Shown in pieces: positions 8,355-18,283 of a stretch of 64,000 nt of DNA. How positions within the stretch are numbered: the stretch's first letter is position 1; each line of letters starts with the position of its first letter. The notes under the pieces were generated by a model that searched no databases, was not told the DNA's origin, and saw nothing but the letters and a program-made list of their open reading frames with translations. The stretch lies in IMG/VR virus record IMGVR_UViG_3300042868_005134, positions 124,001-188,000 of that record. One strand, written 5' to 3'. Position numbers and translations under genes: made by a program.

Positions 8355-9955
8355 TGCAATATTTTTATGACGGTCAAGTACGTCGCTACCTATTACAGAT
8401 TATTAGGTTACTAAGCAACTTTGTGGTCAAATACGGTGACGGCAGTCTTGTACGTGTGCCTGTAATGTATGGCGATGCCGATAGACAAGCGGCCAATATT
8501 ATTAAACAAAACAGTGAAAATACCATACTGGCTGCGCCACGTATAGCAGTATATATTACTGAACTAGAATTAGACATGAGCAGAATCAGTGATTCTAGTT
8601 TTATTAGTAAGGTACATGTGCGTGAACGAGCAGTAAATGAACTTACCGGCGAGTATACTTCTAGTCAAGGCAACAACTATACTGTTGAACGACTAATGCC
8701 AACGCCATTCAAACTGACAGTTAAGGCAGACATTTGGTCAAGCAGTAACGATCAAAAGTTACAAATACTTGAACAAATTTTAATGTTGTTTAATCCCAGT
8801 TTAGAAATACAAACCACTGACAACTATGTGGACTGGACCAGTTTAAGTGTGGTAGATTTGACACAAGTGGTTTACAGCGGCAGAAGCATACCAGTGGGCA
8901 CTGCCACTGAAATAGACATAGCAACACTGACTCTTCAGACTCCTATATGGATCAGTCCACCTGCTAAAATTAAACGACTTGGCGTCACTACCAGTGTTAT
9001 CACTAATATTTTAAGCTCATTGAATAATTCCAACGGAGATTACGTGGAAGGATTGGGCAGTGACAATAACATTTCAGGATTGACTAATCCGCCTACAGAT
9101 CCATTGTTTGGTCAAACCACAACCATAGGTAATTTTGACATAGAAGTTGTAAATGGGCAAATTAAACTTATCAGTAACGAAGGAACTTACCTAGCATGGA
9201 GCATGTTGATACAACAACACCCTAATGTTTATCATCCTAGCCTAACAAAAATTTATCTTAGACAGCCCGATGGCAGTTATGTAGTAGGTTACATTGCGAT
9301 TAGTTCCTTAGATGACACCATCATGGTAGTCGACTGGGATTCAGACACCTATCCCGGCAATACATTGATTTCATCAAGTTATAGAACAAGCACTGGTACA
9401 TTTGATGCCATTATAGATCCACAGCAAACAGGCCCTGTAAATCTAGTAGTGGGAACTCGCTACTTAATCCTTGAAAATATCGGCGGCGGCCTTAGAGATA
9501 CTTTTGAAGCTGTTAACAGTGTCAAACGCATCAACACCAACACCTTACACAGAAAAGTCAATGATCATAAGGTATGGGTCAATGGTGTTGAAGTGGGTTC
9601 GGGTAGTGCGAGAATTCCTGACAATATTGATACTGGTAATTACTATATTGTACTAGATGCCATGGCGCCCAGCGGTAGTGAAATTGTCTACGAATTGATC
9701 ATGAATGAAGACGGGCCCGATGCTTGGAAAAACACCGACGGTAGCGACACTGTGGCAGCAGCCAATGACATCATAGAGTGGACTGGCACAGACTGGGTGG
9801 TGGTATTCAGTGCCCAGGAAAACATCAACAATTTGGTTTACTTAACAAACATTTACCCTGGCAAACCTGATGTACAATACAAATGGAATGGTGTTGGCTG
9901 GAGCAAGAGTTTTGAAGGTGTGTATCGCAAAGAGGATTGGCGTCTTGAACTCTAA
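8354..9955 (+). CDS. gp15: Tail terminator / sheath stabiliser (gp15-like) with long C-terminal extension
   Basis: N-terminus 'YFYDGQVRRYL...LSNF......RVPVMYG' matches the gp15 pattern; TAATG overlap with gp14. Confidence 0.85.
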   Translation: MQYFYDGQVRRYLLQIIRLLSNFVVKYGDGSLVRVPVMYGDADRQAANIIKQNSENTILAAPRIAVYITELELDMSRISDSSFISKVHVRERAVNELTGEYTSSQGNNYTVERLMPTPFKLTVKADIWSSSNDQKLQILEQILMLFNPSLEIQTTDNYVDWTSLSVVDLTQVVYSGRSIPVGTATEIDIATLTLQTPIWISPPAKIKRLGVTTSVITNILSSLNNSNGDYVEGLGSDNNISGLTNPPTDPLFGQTTTIGNFDIEVVNGQIKLISNEGTYLAWSMLIQQHPNVYHPSLTKIYLRQPDGSYVVGYIAISSLDDTIMVVDWDSDTYPGNTLISSSYRTSTGTFDAIIDPQQTGPVNLVVGTRYLILENIGGGLRDTFEAVNSVKRINTNTLHRKVNDHKVWVNGVEVGSGSARIPDNIDTGNYYIVLDAMAPSGSEIVYELIMNEDGPDAWKNTDGSDTVAAANDIIEWTGTDWVVVFSAQENINNLVYLTNIYPGKPDVQYKWNGVGWSKSFEGVYRKEDWRLEL

Positions 9956-10385
9956 GGAACGTATTGTATGTAGTGGTGCGCTGTTTTACGCAAAAAACAC
10001 CAAACGATTTTTGCTGTTACAAAAAGCCACTGGCAAACATCAAGGCACATGGAGTCTCGTGGGTGGTACTGCTGAAGATCAAGAAACACCATGGCAAGGA
10101 CTTCAACGTGAAATTACTGAAGAAATAGGTAGCATACCTAGCATACTTAAAACTGTGCCTATTGAAACTTTTGTAAGCAACGACACAGTTTTTAATTTTC
10201 ACACTTATCTATGTGTGATAGGAGATGAATTTGTTCCTGTACTTAGCATGGAACACAGTGGGTGGGCATGGACCACTATTGATCATGCTCCTAGACCGTT
10301 ACATCAAGGATTACGTAACAGTCTTAGTAGTCGTATAGTCCGAACAAAATTACAAACTATATTTGATATCATTGACTTAATTTAA
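9945..10385 (+). CDS. NUDIX hydrolase
   Basis: Exact Nudix box G-x5-E-x7-REITEEIG. The probable start is TTG at 9945, with SD GAGGA at 9932-9936, overlapping the gp15 stop. Confidence 0.9.
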   Translation: MNSKERIVCSGALFYAKNTKRFLLLQKATGKHQGTWSLVGGTAEDQETPWQGLQREITEEIGSIPSILKTVPIETFVSNDTVFNFHTYLCVIGDEFVPVLSMEHSGWAWTTIDHAPRPLHQGLRNSLSSRIVRTKLQTIFDIIDLI

Positions 10386-10402
10386 CTGTCATCGCAAAAT
10401 CA

Positions 10403-11008
10403 TTAAGCATATGTTGCATTTAATGTAAACCATAATGTTGAACTAAGTGCAATATATTCTAATCCTGAACTTGCCGCTAAAGTAACACCAGTATTTGTTC
10501 CAGCATTATTAAGTTGGCCTCCATATGATGGATATACTATTATGTCAACTGCTAGATTATTTCGAACAACAATACGTTCGCCGCCCACGGCTAAAGGTAA
10601 TAGTATTCCAGAGCCGGCGCCGCCTGCAGTGACCAAGTTTATTTGACGTGTTAGTAGTGTAGCGCCGGCTTGTGTTGTTCCAGCTGAAGTTACTGCTACA
10701 TTATTACCAAACGCAACAGATCCTGAGTATTGTGCTAGACGAATCAAACCAGTGTCTAATACTTCAATGCTGGGTATGCCCGACACGTCATTTACACTGA
10801 AAATAGTGCCGCTTAAACTATTGGTAATACTGAATAGTTGGCCCGCACTCCCTTCAAAGCTCAATGTGCCGTTGCTGGTGGCATAGGCTTTTAATGTAAT
10901 ATTTTGAGCTGCCAAGCTGGCGTCGGCGCCGCTGAACACTATCTGTGGATCAGCCGTGGAAGAGCTAATGTTTGGGGTTATTACAATATTTTTATCTGAA
11001 TGTGCCAT
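10403..11008 (-). CDS. Tail fibre-associated structural protein
   Basis: 201 aa; 'LSFEGSAGQLFSITNSLSGTIFSVNDVSGIPSIEV' is a fibre-type module; late promoter upstream. Confidence 0.55.
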   Translation of the reverse strand: MAHSDKNIVITPNISSSTADPQIVFSGADASLAAQNITLKAYATSNGTLSFEGSAGQLFSITNSLSGTIFSVNDVSGIPSIEVLDTGLIRLAQYSGSVAFGNNVAVTSAGTTQAGATLLTRQINLVTAGGAGSGILLPLAVGGERIVVRNNLAVDIIVYPSYGGQLNNAGTNTGVTLAASSGLEYIALSSTLWFTLNATYA

Positions 11009-11023
11009 GTGTTATCTCTCTTG

Positions 11024-11030
11024 TATTTAT
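11024..11030 (-). promoter_or_regulatory. Late promoter (ATAAATA) overlapping upstream stop codon
   Basis: AATAAATA spans the TAA of the 11030-12247 gene. Confidence 0.6.
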
Positions 11031-12247
11031 TAGATTCCGTAACGACTGCGGAGTGCGTTAAAATTCTGCTGTACTTCCGCGGCTGATAATGCTCGGTTGT
11101 ATATTTTTGTTGATCCTATATTTCCAGAAAATGCAAAACTACTCAAATCACTTCTAATTCTACCTTGATCTATACTACTTACTCCAGTTCCACTAACTTG
11201 ATAAGTTCCTGCGATTATAGGAGGAGTTCCTAAGTCAACACCATTTTTATATACTTTCCAGGCAGTACCGGTTGATGCAGAAACAACAATGTTGACCCAA
11301 GTGTTTATGGATAATATATTATTATGTTGTATATAATTCCCTGGAGCTAAAGATATTTCCAAATTGGATGCTGATTTTATAAGCATTTCATATTTTTCAG
11401 TTACATTAGAACCCAATAATGCTGCATATGTTTTTGTACTATTAACATTAAACCATATATCTACACTAATAGAATTTTCGACAATACCACTAGAAGATAT
11501 AGATAGGAAATTATTACTACCATTGAAACTAAACGTACCATTACTAGCATACGTTAAACTATTTGCCGTGATTGTACTATTATTTGTAAGATCAAGTATT
11601 GCTTGTGTATTTGATCTGCTAGTGTCTGTATATGGTGTAGGAAATGTACCAAACTCTACCTGAGCACCACCTACTAGGATAAACCCTGCAAAAGAACCAT
11701 CGGTAATCCCGTAGCGTGCCGGATAGGCAATAATAAAGTTTACGTTTCCTGAAGCTGTTCCTTGTAGTCCCTGACGTTGCCATGAACCTTTTTGCGACAT
11801 ATCATATTCTGTTACATATCCTCCAGATAGTGCAGCAACAGACGCTCCTTCAATTGAAGAAAACATTCCATTAATATTACAATTAACGCTCAAGAAGGTA
11901 TATGCAGACATTGCATAACTTTGACCGGCGGTCATCGGTGCTGTTTTAAGTATATAAGCATAAGAGTTGCCAGACCACGATGCTGATAAGGCTCCAGACG
12001 TATACTTGCGAACTTGTCCTAAGTAAGTGCCTGCTGGTCCAGGTACTCCTGGATCAGTATATGTACTGCTAATTGTCCAACTAATACCATTCCAAAAATG
12101 CAGAGTTTGTGTTGGCCAAGTATAATATCCATCTAACGGGTGTAAATTTGTAGTTGGTGCGCCTCGCCAAGACTTCTGCGTATTGGACATGTCTGTGTAT
12201 AACACTAGACCATTAGTGACTACTGAGGGAGAATGATTAAGACTCAT
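11030..12247 (-). CDS. LamG / concanavalin-A-like domain virion protein with inserted passenger domain
   Basis: N-terminal 'GLVLYTD' and C-terminal 'KIYNRALSAAEVQQNFNA.RSRYG' LamG signature; paralogue of 18284-19510. Confidence 0.8.
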   Translation of the reverse strand: MSLNHSPSVVTNGLVLYTDMSNTQKSWRGAPTTNLHPLDGYYTWPTQTLHFWNGISWTISSTYTDPGVPGPAGTYLGQVRKYTSGALSASWSGNSYAYILKTAPMTAGQSYAMSAYTFLSVNCNINGMFSSIEGASVAALSGGYVTEYDMSQKGSWQRQGLQGTASGNVNFIIAYPARYGITDGSFAGFILVGGAQVEFGTFPTPYTDTSRSNTQAILDLTNNSTITANSLTYASNGTFSFNGSNNFLSISSSGIVENSISVDIWFNVNSTKTYAALLGSNVTEKYEMLIKSASNLEISLAPGNYIQHNNILSINTWVNIVVSASTGTAWKVYKNGVDLGTPPIIAGTYQVSGTGVSSIDQGRIRSDLSSFAFSGNIGSTKIYNRALSAAEVQQNFNALRSRYGI

Positions 12248-12984
12248 AGTCCAAACCTACCACGTATCGCGTTAAAATTTTTTTGAATTTCTTGAGTCGA
12301 TAACTCTCTGTTGTATATTCTAATAACTGATCGTCTTCCATAATGCTTCCACCCATATAGCGCACCAAATTGGATGCCGCCACCGTCATATACTGCTTTG
12401 CCAGCAGTATTAGGAGTTGATCCTACACCTTGATACACTCCGTTGATGTATAATGAAACAGTATTACTCATTCTGTTCCATATCATAGTTCTAAGTTTCC
12501 AGTAGTTAAGGTTGCTATAAGGTGCGTTTAATGATATTGTAGGTTGGTCGCTGTACCCACTTGCTGGATTGTTTGATTGTCCAAATACAAACTGAGTGTT
12601 TCCTACTCCGTGATTCCAGTCAAAACCCACACTGCCTGCGCTGTACGCTTGACCCGATGCCACTGTGCCAGCATCCGCTTCTGGATAGTTTACAGAATAT
12701 GTGTATACTGATTCTTCAATAGTCCATGCACCGTTGGTAGATGTTAATACACTACTTAAACTTGTTGAGTCAGCCACAGACACTATAAAAAAATTACTAA
12801 CGTTGCCACTATTTTGTAAATAGCCTGCGCTGACAAATTCACCACTGCTGATTGTTCCGTGATTGCCGTTTCCACTTATGTCATACCAGGTAGATCCTGT
12901 TCCAGGATAACTCTTAACATTGGCAGCATCGTAGTGAAGAACTAAGCCTGTTAACGTGGTAGAAGTATTATAATTTACGCTCAT
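12244..12984 (-). CDS. LamG / concanavalin-A-like domain protein
   Basis: 'GLVLHYDAANVKSYPGTGSTWYDISGNGNHG' and 'RIYNRELSTQEIQKNFNA'. Confidence 0.8.
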   Translation of the reverse strand: MSVNYNTSTTLTGLVLHYDAANVKSYPGTGSTWYDISGNGNHGTISSGEFVSAGYLQNSGNVSNFFIVSVADSTSLSSVLTSTNGAWTIEESVYTYSVNYPEADAGTVASGQAYSAGSVGFDWNHGVGNTQFVFGQSNNPASGYSDQPTISLNAPYSNLNYWKLRTMIWNRMSNTVSLYINGVYQGVGSTPNTAGKAVYDGGGIQFGALYGWKHYGRRSVIRIYNRELSTQEIQKNFNAIRGRFGL

Positions 12985-12998
12985 AATCTATAGTTTGT

Positions 12999-15900
12999 TT
13001 ACACGTATCCCAGGCCATTCCACGACCTACAGCTTACTCTAACATCTTTGAATATTCCAAATGTAGGATCGGTATTATATAAACTACAATCAACATATAC
13101 AGTATTATTTGTTCCATAGCTAGCCTGGTATAATAATTTAGATCCGTTGTAGTGTCTTATAAATCCATCAGTGTCATATACTATATAGAATTTCTGATTT
13201 TCATCCCATGTTGTGCCATGCGCGATTCCGGCGCCATTATTATATGTGTGGTAGTTATTCATGGTATACGGATAAGCACTATGATCAATAGAACTATAAT
13301 TAGCATCAGCTGTTGGATCTGTATTCCAACCTATCATGGCATATGATGCACCATTGTCGCCACCACCAGCAGCGGCTCGTTTACTAAACTCTATGGTACA
13401 AGGAGCACTGAATGCCTGTGTACTGTACGCTTGGCCGTTCCAACTATTGTTGTCTGCGTTTTTGGTAAAAGTCACAGTGTCGGTGCCATTATTCGACAAG
13501 GACATATTGGCGCTAAATGAATATGTAATAGTTTGATAACCAAGAAAACGTTCTTTAACGGCATTAAAGTTTTGCTGTACTTCTGCTGCTGTCAGTGCTC
13601 GACTATACAGAGAAGTGTGCGCCACTGAGCCGTTTAACCAATAATTATCGTTTAATGTTCCAATAGTGAACGGTAAAGTGGCGGCAACACCGATACCGCC
13701 TGTGTTAGAGTGTACAGCAACTCCGTTCTTATAAATTACACGAGAGCCGTCTGAGTTCAAAACAAGTCCTAAGTTGACCCAAGTATTCACAGTCACTGCA
13801 TTTCCAATATTGCCGCCAGTTGCGGCACCTGCATAATAATAAATTCCTCCACCATTTTCTATTCCAATATATGTATAGGCATTACTCTCTTGAGTACCCA
13901 TTAACTGATAACCGCTTGAGTGTGATAACGAATTAAATTTCACCCAGACAAAGAAACTTCTAGCTCCTGCGTCTACTTTGTGTGTAAATGTAATTTTGTC
14001 ATTGACACCATCAAACACAATACTTTTAATATTTTCAGTTGTATTATTGGCTCCATTGGTCAATATGCCGTGATTGTTATTACCACTTATATCAGTCCAC
14101 TGTGGGCCATCATTAAAATTTGAGTTTGGTGTAAATGTTCCACCACTTAAAAATGTATGTACAGTACTAAGTGTTCTAGTTTCTGTACCAACGGAGTAGG
14201 AAATTGTTGTTACGATGCCACCAGTGGCCCGCTGCACGCCTGGATAACGAACAATAACTACACCACTGCCGCCATCTTTAGCATGTGGTAAAGAATTATT
14301 TCCTGATCCACCACCACCTCCTCCACCAGTATTAGCAACTCCTGCAGTGGTACCATTGGCACTGCCAGTACCGTCAGCACCCCTGCCGCCGCCGCCAAAA
14401 TATCCAGTTGCTGACCCAATACTGTTAGTTACAGTAAAAGGCCCGTTGGTATAGACGCCACCGCCGCCACCACCGGCAAACCAACCTGGTGGAGATCCAC
14501 CTACACTGGCAAATTGTGGATAATATCGTCCGATGCCGCCGTTACTTGCAGTTGACGGACCGCCCCCAGTTGCTGTTCCGCCTGCGCCACCCCCGCCTGA
14601 ACCTTCGTGTGGAGCTGAATGATTGAAATCTTCAGCGATAGTTGGTCCGCCTGGCCCTCTGCTGCCGCCAGGAAAACCGTAGCCAGTGCCGCCACCGCTG
14701 TTTGTTTGTGTGGCTAGGCCGCCGCGAGACGCACCTGGATTTGAAACTCCAAAATAGTAGTCGCCCGCGCCGCCGCCGCTGCCGCCATTTTTATACACGC
14801 TGTCCGTGTAGAAGCTTTCATTGCCACCACCACCGCCTTGTGCTATAATATCGCTGAATGAGCTACTGCCACCTTGAAATCCGTGAGAATTATTTGTCGT
14901 GCCGTAGTTGCCTGTAGTTGACCCACCATAATACCTACCGCCCTGGCCTCCAGCACCCACAGTTACACTTATTCCAACTCCATTCTGAACATATTTATTA
15001 GGATGATATACCAAACCTCCGCCGCCGCCACCACCTGCAGCGCCATGACTACCACCTCCACCTCCACCTCCACCCACTACTAGCACTTCCACACCTGGAT
15101 TATTACCAAATGTAAAATAATCACTAGCAGTAAATGTGTGAATAGTATCATTGCCCGAAGTGGTTATTATTCCACCGGTGGCTTGTGGTGCTCCACGATA
15201 GCGAATAATAACTACGCCCGACCCACCAGCGCCGCCAGACTTTGAAGGGGAATAAGAGCCACCGCCGCCTCCGCCGCCAGTATTAGCAAGCCCTGCTGCG
15301 CCATCAGCACTAAAAAATGCTCCGCCGCCTCCACCCAATCCACCTATACCTTGTCTAGTTGGAGATGATGGAGAGTATGTTCCGCCAGCGCCGCCGCCGC
15401 CATAGTATGTTTGCGTTCCAACTGTGAATGTACCGCTTGTTGTGAACGTATGTACAGTGTCACCGTTAACTGAAGTTATAGTGCCTCCTGTTGCTCTTGC
15501 AACACCAGGATAACGAATAATAACTATACCACTACCGCCTTCACCACCCTTGTTATTACTATTATAATGAGATCCACCACCTCCGCCACCGCCGGTGGAT
15601 GCGCCTGCATTGCCGCCTGGTTGATTTGCGCCAGCAATGCCATCGATTGCTGGATTTATTCCTGTTGTGTCTCCAAAACCGCCGGGCCCTTCATAACTTG
15701 ATCCGCCACCACCGCCACCTGCGCCGCCATGCCCTCCTAAACCTGAACTTGGTGGATGTGTTGCTCCACCACCTCCTCCACCAAAATAAAATGGACTTAT
15801 CTGTGGATATTGACGGCCGTTGCCGCCGGTGGGTCGATTTGGTCCGCTTGCTCCGCGTTGACTGGCACCACCTCCACCTCCTGAATAATGGCTGTTGTCG

Positions 15901-17873
15901 CCGGACGCAGGATTTCCAGAATTTCCTCCAGAAAATCCTTGACCGGGTGTTCCATTGTCGACAATTCGACTACCACCGTGAGTATAACCTGAACATCCAC
16001 CGCCCGAAGCGCCAGTACCACCTATGCCACTGTTTGGAAGATATCCATAATATGAACTAGCGCCAAATCCACCGCCAATGGCAGTTATTCCAAAAATACT
16101 ACTGGTGCCGCCGTTGGTTGCTGAAATTGTAAATTGATGACCTCCTGGTTGTGGGCCTGCGCCGTCAGTTCTATAAGTACCGCCACCTGCTGGTGCGCCA
16201 TATCCGCCTGCGCCCACAGTCACTGTATAAGCAGTTCCGGGAATAACACTGATGCTGGGATTATAGAGCACTCCTCCGCCGCCGCCACCACCACCCATGT
16301 CCATTCCACCACCACCACCGCCTCCAACTACCAATGTGCTCACTGTGGTCAGTGTTCCACTAATACTAGTCGCTAGTCCAATTCCACCATTGCCACCACC
16401 ATCGGTGGCACCTGCCGATCCTGCGCCTCCAGCGCCACCGCCACCACCAGAATGATAGTATCCTGATTCTATTGCGGCTCCACCGGCATATCCTTGTCCA
16501 GGTGTGCCTGGCGCTACAGATTGTCCTTCACCTGTGCCGCCGCCTGATCCACCATTTGTTGGCCGGCCGCTGGTTGCTGTTCCGTCATATGTATTAGTAT
16601 TATTGCCGCCAGCACCTCCGGCGATGGCTGTGATACTAACAATTCCTGATCCTCCAATAGAAGAATTTCCAGCATTACTAGTATTGTCACCGTTTGAAGT
16701 GCGGCCGCTGCCGCCTTGTCCCACAGCTATATAATATGTTCTATCACGAAACATATTGTATGCACTATTATAAACTACGCCACCGCCACCACCACCTCCA
16801 CCCATTTCAAAACCGCCACCTCCACCACCTGCTACTACCAGTGCTTCTACTGTGGTAGGTCCAGATGATTTTATGTTGTTAGCGTCTAGAGACAATACTA
16901 AGTTACTGTTGCTGATAACAGTCCCGTTGGTAACAGTGGCAATTCCTTGACTGGTTAAAAAACGAACAATAACTATGCCGCTGCCGCCTTCGCCGCCTTT
17001 ATTTGTTACGTTGTAATGAGATCCACCACCTCCGCCACCGCCGGTATTTGCGCCAGCATTTCCGCCGGACGTTCCGTTTGCTGCGGGCACCGCAGAATTG
17101 GATCCATTATTGTATCCGGTGCCGCCGAGTCCTGCGATTCCGCTGTATGCAGTGCCGCCGCCGCCGCCGCCAAGTCCACCGTTGCTACCATCACCTAACG
17201 AATAGTTAGAGCCTCCACCACCACCAGCCCAATAATAGCCTGTTCCTAAAATACTGTTATAAACTCCGACACCCCCATTTGCCCTATTTGGCCCGTCGGC
17301 ACCTGCACCACCTGCACCACCGCCACCGCCTGAATAATAACTGCCGCCGCCGCCATTGCCGCCTTTATTTCCTTGACCAGCAGTTCCAGATGGCCCTATA
17401 GTAGTTGCTCCTGCTGTGTATCCTGAATTGCCGCCTCCTGATCCTCCTGCTCCACCTATGCCATAGTTTGGAAGATATCCATAATAGGAACTGCCGCCAT
17501 AGCCACCGCCAATGGCAGTCAATGATCCAAACACCGAATTGCCGCCGTTGGTTGCTGAAATTGTAAATTGATGACCTCCTGGTTGTGGGCCTGCGCCGTC
17601 AGTTCTATAAGTACCGCCACCTGCTGGTGCGCCATATCCGCCTGCGCCCACAGTCGCTACGTAAGTTGTGCCGCTTGTTACGGTAAAACTTGAATTACTA
17701 ATGACTCCGCCACCTCCGCCGCCACCACCCATGTCCATTCCACCACCACCGCCTCCAGCAACCACTAGGACTTCAACAGTTCCACTAAATTGAGGGATAA
17801 ATGTGCCCGATGTTTTAAACACCCAAACAGTGTTGCTGGTTCCAACCCGGTTAGTTCCTGAAAATGAAGCCAT
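12999..17873 (-). CDS. Glycine-rich repeat / LamG fibre or adhesin protein (1624 aa)
   Basis: Four 'V(E/S)xLVVxGGGGGG...GGSG(I/V)V(I/V)(V/I)R' modules plus a split LamG domain ending 'LYSRALTAAEVQQNFNA'. Confidence 0.8.
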   Translation of the reverse strand: MASFSGTNRVGTSNTVWVFKTSGTFIPQFSGTVEVLVVAGGGGGGMDMGGGGGGGGVISNSSFTVTSGTTYVATVGAGGYGAPAGGGTYRTDGAGPQPGGHQFTISATNGGNSVFGSLTAIGGGYGGSSYYGYLPNYGIGGAGGSGGGNSGYTAGATTIGPSGTAGQGNKGGNGGGGSYYSGGGGGAGGAGADGPNRANGGVGVYNSILGTGYYWAGGGGGSNYSLGDGSNGGLGGGGGGTAYSGIAGLGGTGYNNGSNSAVPAANGTSGGNAGANTGGGGGGGSHYNVTNKGGEGGSGIVIVRFLTSQGIATVTNGTVISNSNLVLSLDANNIKSSGPTTVEALVVAGGGGGGFEMGGGGGGGGVVYNSAYNMFRDRTYYIAVGQGGSGRTSNGDNTSNAGNSSIGGSGIVSITAIAGGAGGNNTNTYDGTATSGRPTNGGSGGGTGEGQSVAPGTPGQGYAGGAAIESGYYHSGGGGGAGGAGSAGATDGGGNGGIGLATSISGTLTTVSTLVVGGGGGGGMDMGGGGGGGGVLYNPSISVIPGTAYTVTVGAGGYGAPAGGGTYRTDGAGPQPGGHQFTISATNGGTSSIFGITAIGGGFGASSYYGYLPNSGIGGTGASGGGCSGYTHGGSRIVDNGTPGQGFSGGNSGNPASGDNSHYSGGGGGASQRGASGPNRPTGGNGRQYPQISPFYFGGGGGGATHPPSSGLGGHGGAGGGGGGSSYEGPGGFGDTTGINPAIDGIAGANQPGGNAGASTGGGGGGGSHYNSNNKGGEGGSGIVIIRYPGVARATGGTITSVNGDTVHTFTTSGTFTVGTQTYYGGGGAGGTYSPSSPTRQGIGGLGGGGGAFFSADGAAGLANTGGGGGGGSYSPSKSGGAGGSGVVIIRYRGAPQATGGIITTSGNDTIHTFTASDYFTFGNNPGVEVLVVGGGGGGGGSHGAAGGGGGGGLVYHPNKYVQNGVGISVTVGAGGQGGRYYGGSTTGNYGTTNNSHGFQGGSSSFSDIIAQGGGGGNESFYTDSVYKNGGSGGGAGDYYFGVSNPGASRGGLATQTNSGGGTGYGFPGGSRGPGGPTIAEDFNHSAPHEGSGGGGAGGTATGGGPSTASNGGIGRYYPQFASVGGSPPGWFAGGGGGGVYTNGPFTVTNSIGSATGYFGGGGRGADGTGSANGTTAGVANTGGGGGGGSGNNSLPHAKDGGSGVVIVRYPGVQRATGGIVTTISYSVGTETRTLSTVHTFLSGGTFTPNSNFNDGPQWTDISGNNNHGILTNGANNTTENIKSIVFDGVNDKITFTHKVDAGARSFFVWVKFNSLSHSSGYQLMGTQESNAYTYIGIENGGGIYYYAGAATGGNIGNAVTVNTWVNLGLVLNSDGSRVIYKNGVAVHSNTGGIGVAATLPFTIGTLNDNYWLNGSVAHTSLYSRALTAAEVQQNFNAVKERFLGYQTITYSFSANMSLSNNGTDTVTFTKNADNNSWNGQAYSTQAFSAPCTIEFSKRAAAGGGDNGASYAMIGWNTDPTADANYSSIDHSAYPYTMNNYHTYNNGAGIAHGTTWDENQKFYIVYDTDGFIRHYNGSKLLYQASYGTNNTVYVDCSLYNTDPTFGIFKDVRVSCRSWNGLGYV
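16106..16221. repeat. 116-bp exact direct repeat, copy 2 (copy 1 at 17540-17655)
   Basis: Base-by-base comparison shows identity over 116 bp at an offset of 1434 bp. Confidence 0.9.
17540..17655. repeat. 116-bp exact direct repeat, copy 1
   Basis: Identical to 16106-16221; encodes TVGAGGYGAPAGGGTYRTDGAGPQPGGHQFTISATNGG. Confidence 0.9.
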
Positions 17874-18205
17874 TATGATATGTCCGGTAATACAGAAGGT
17901 ATTTCATTCCAAGATTTTGTTTTTTCATGCCATATGTAATGTTTGTTATCTTGTGGCATATCAACAGGAGCTGTCCAAACTGTGCCAACTAGAGTCCAAC
18001 TATCAAACGGTCTTGGGGCAATAAATGCAGCTAAATCTACATTGTAAGTATATCCAATACCTACATGATGATGGGCCACACCGTTGTTATCCAGAACTTG
18101 TATAAAGTTTACTGGATCGCCTAAGGCTCCCGATTCGATAAATTCTTGTTCAGCAACAATGATATTTACTACTTGATTGTTTTCTATTTTTGCGTAATGT
18201 GCCAT
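17873..18205 (-). CDS. Small Trp-rich protein preceding the glycine-rich fibre (possible fibre assembly factor)
   Basis: The ATG at 18205 (MAHYAKIENNQVVNIIVA) has SD GGAG at 18218-18215; TAATG coupling to the 1624-aa gene. Confidence 0.65.
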   Translation of the reverse strand: MAHYAKIENNQVVNIIVAEQEFIESGALGDPVNFIQVLDNNGVAHHHVGIGYTYNVDLAAFIAPRPFDSWTLVGTVWTAPVDMPQDNKHYIWHEKTKSWNEIPSVLPDIS

Positions 18206-18247
18206 TATTCTATACTCCATTTGTTTAAAGGGCATGTTCTAAACTTA

Positions 18248-18254
18248 TATTTAA
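18248..18254 (-). promoter_or_regulatory. Possible late promoter (TTAAATA)
   Basis: TAAATA core in the 48-bp intergenic gap; AT-rich context lowers confidence. Confidence 0.4.
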
Positions 18255-18283
18255 TCATATAATGATCCTACTATATGCTACAC

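Noticed and set aside
10386-10402. Bidirectional terminator between convergent NUDIX and fibre operons
   Set aside because: No stem-loop or U-tract is visible in the 17-bp gap.
16106-17655. Repeat pair as a diversity-generating retroelement TR/VR
   Set aside because: The copies are identical rather than differing at adenines, both are internal coding segments, and no reverse transcriptase is present in the window. The LamG paralogue C-termini differ at all base types.
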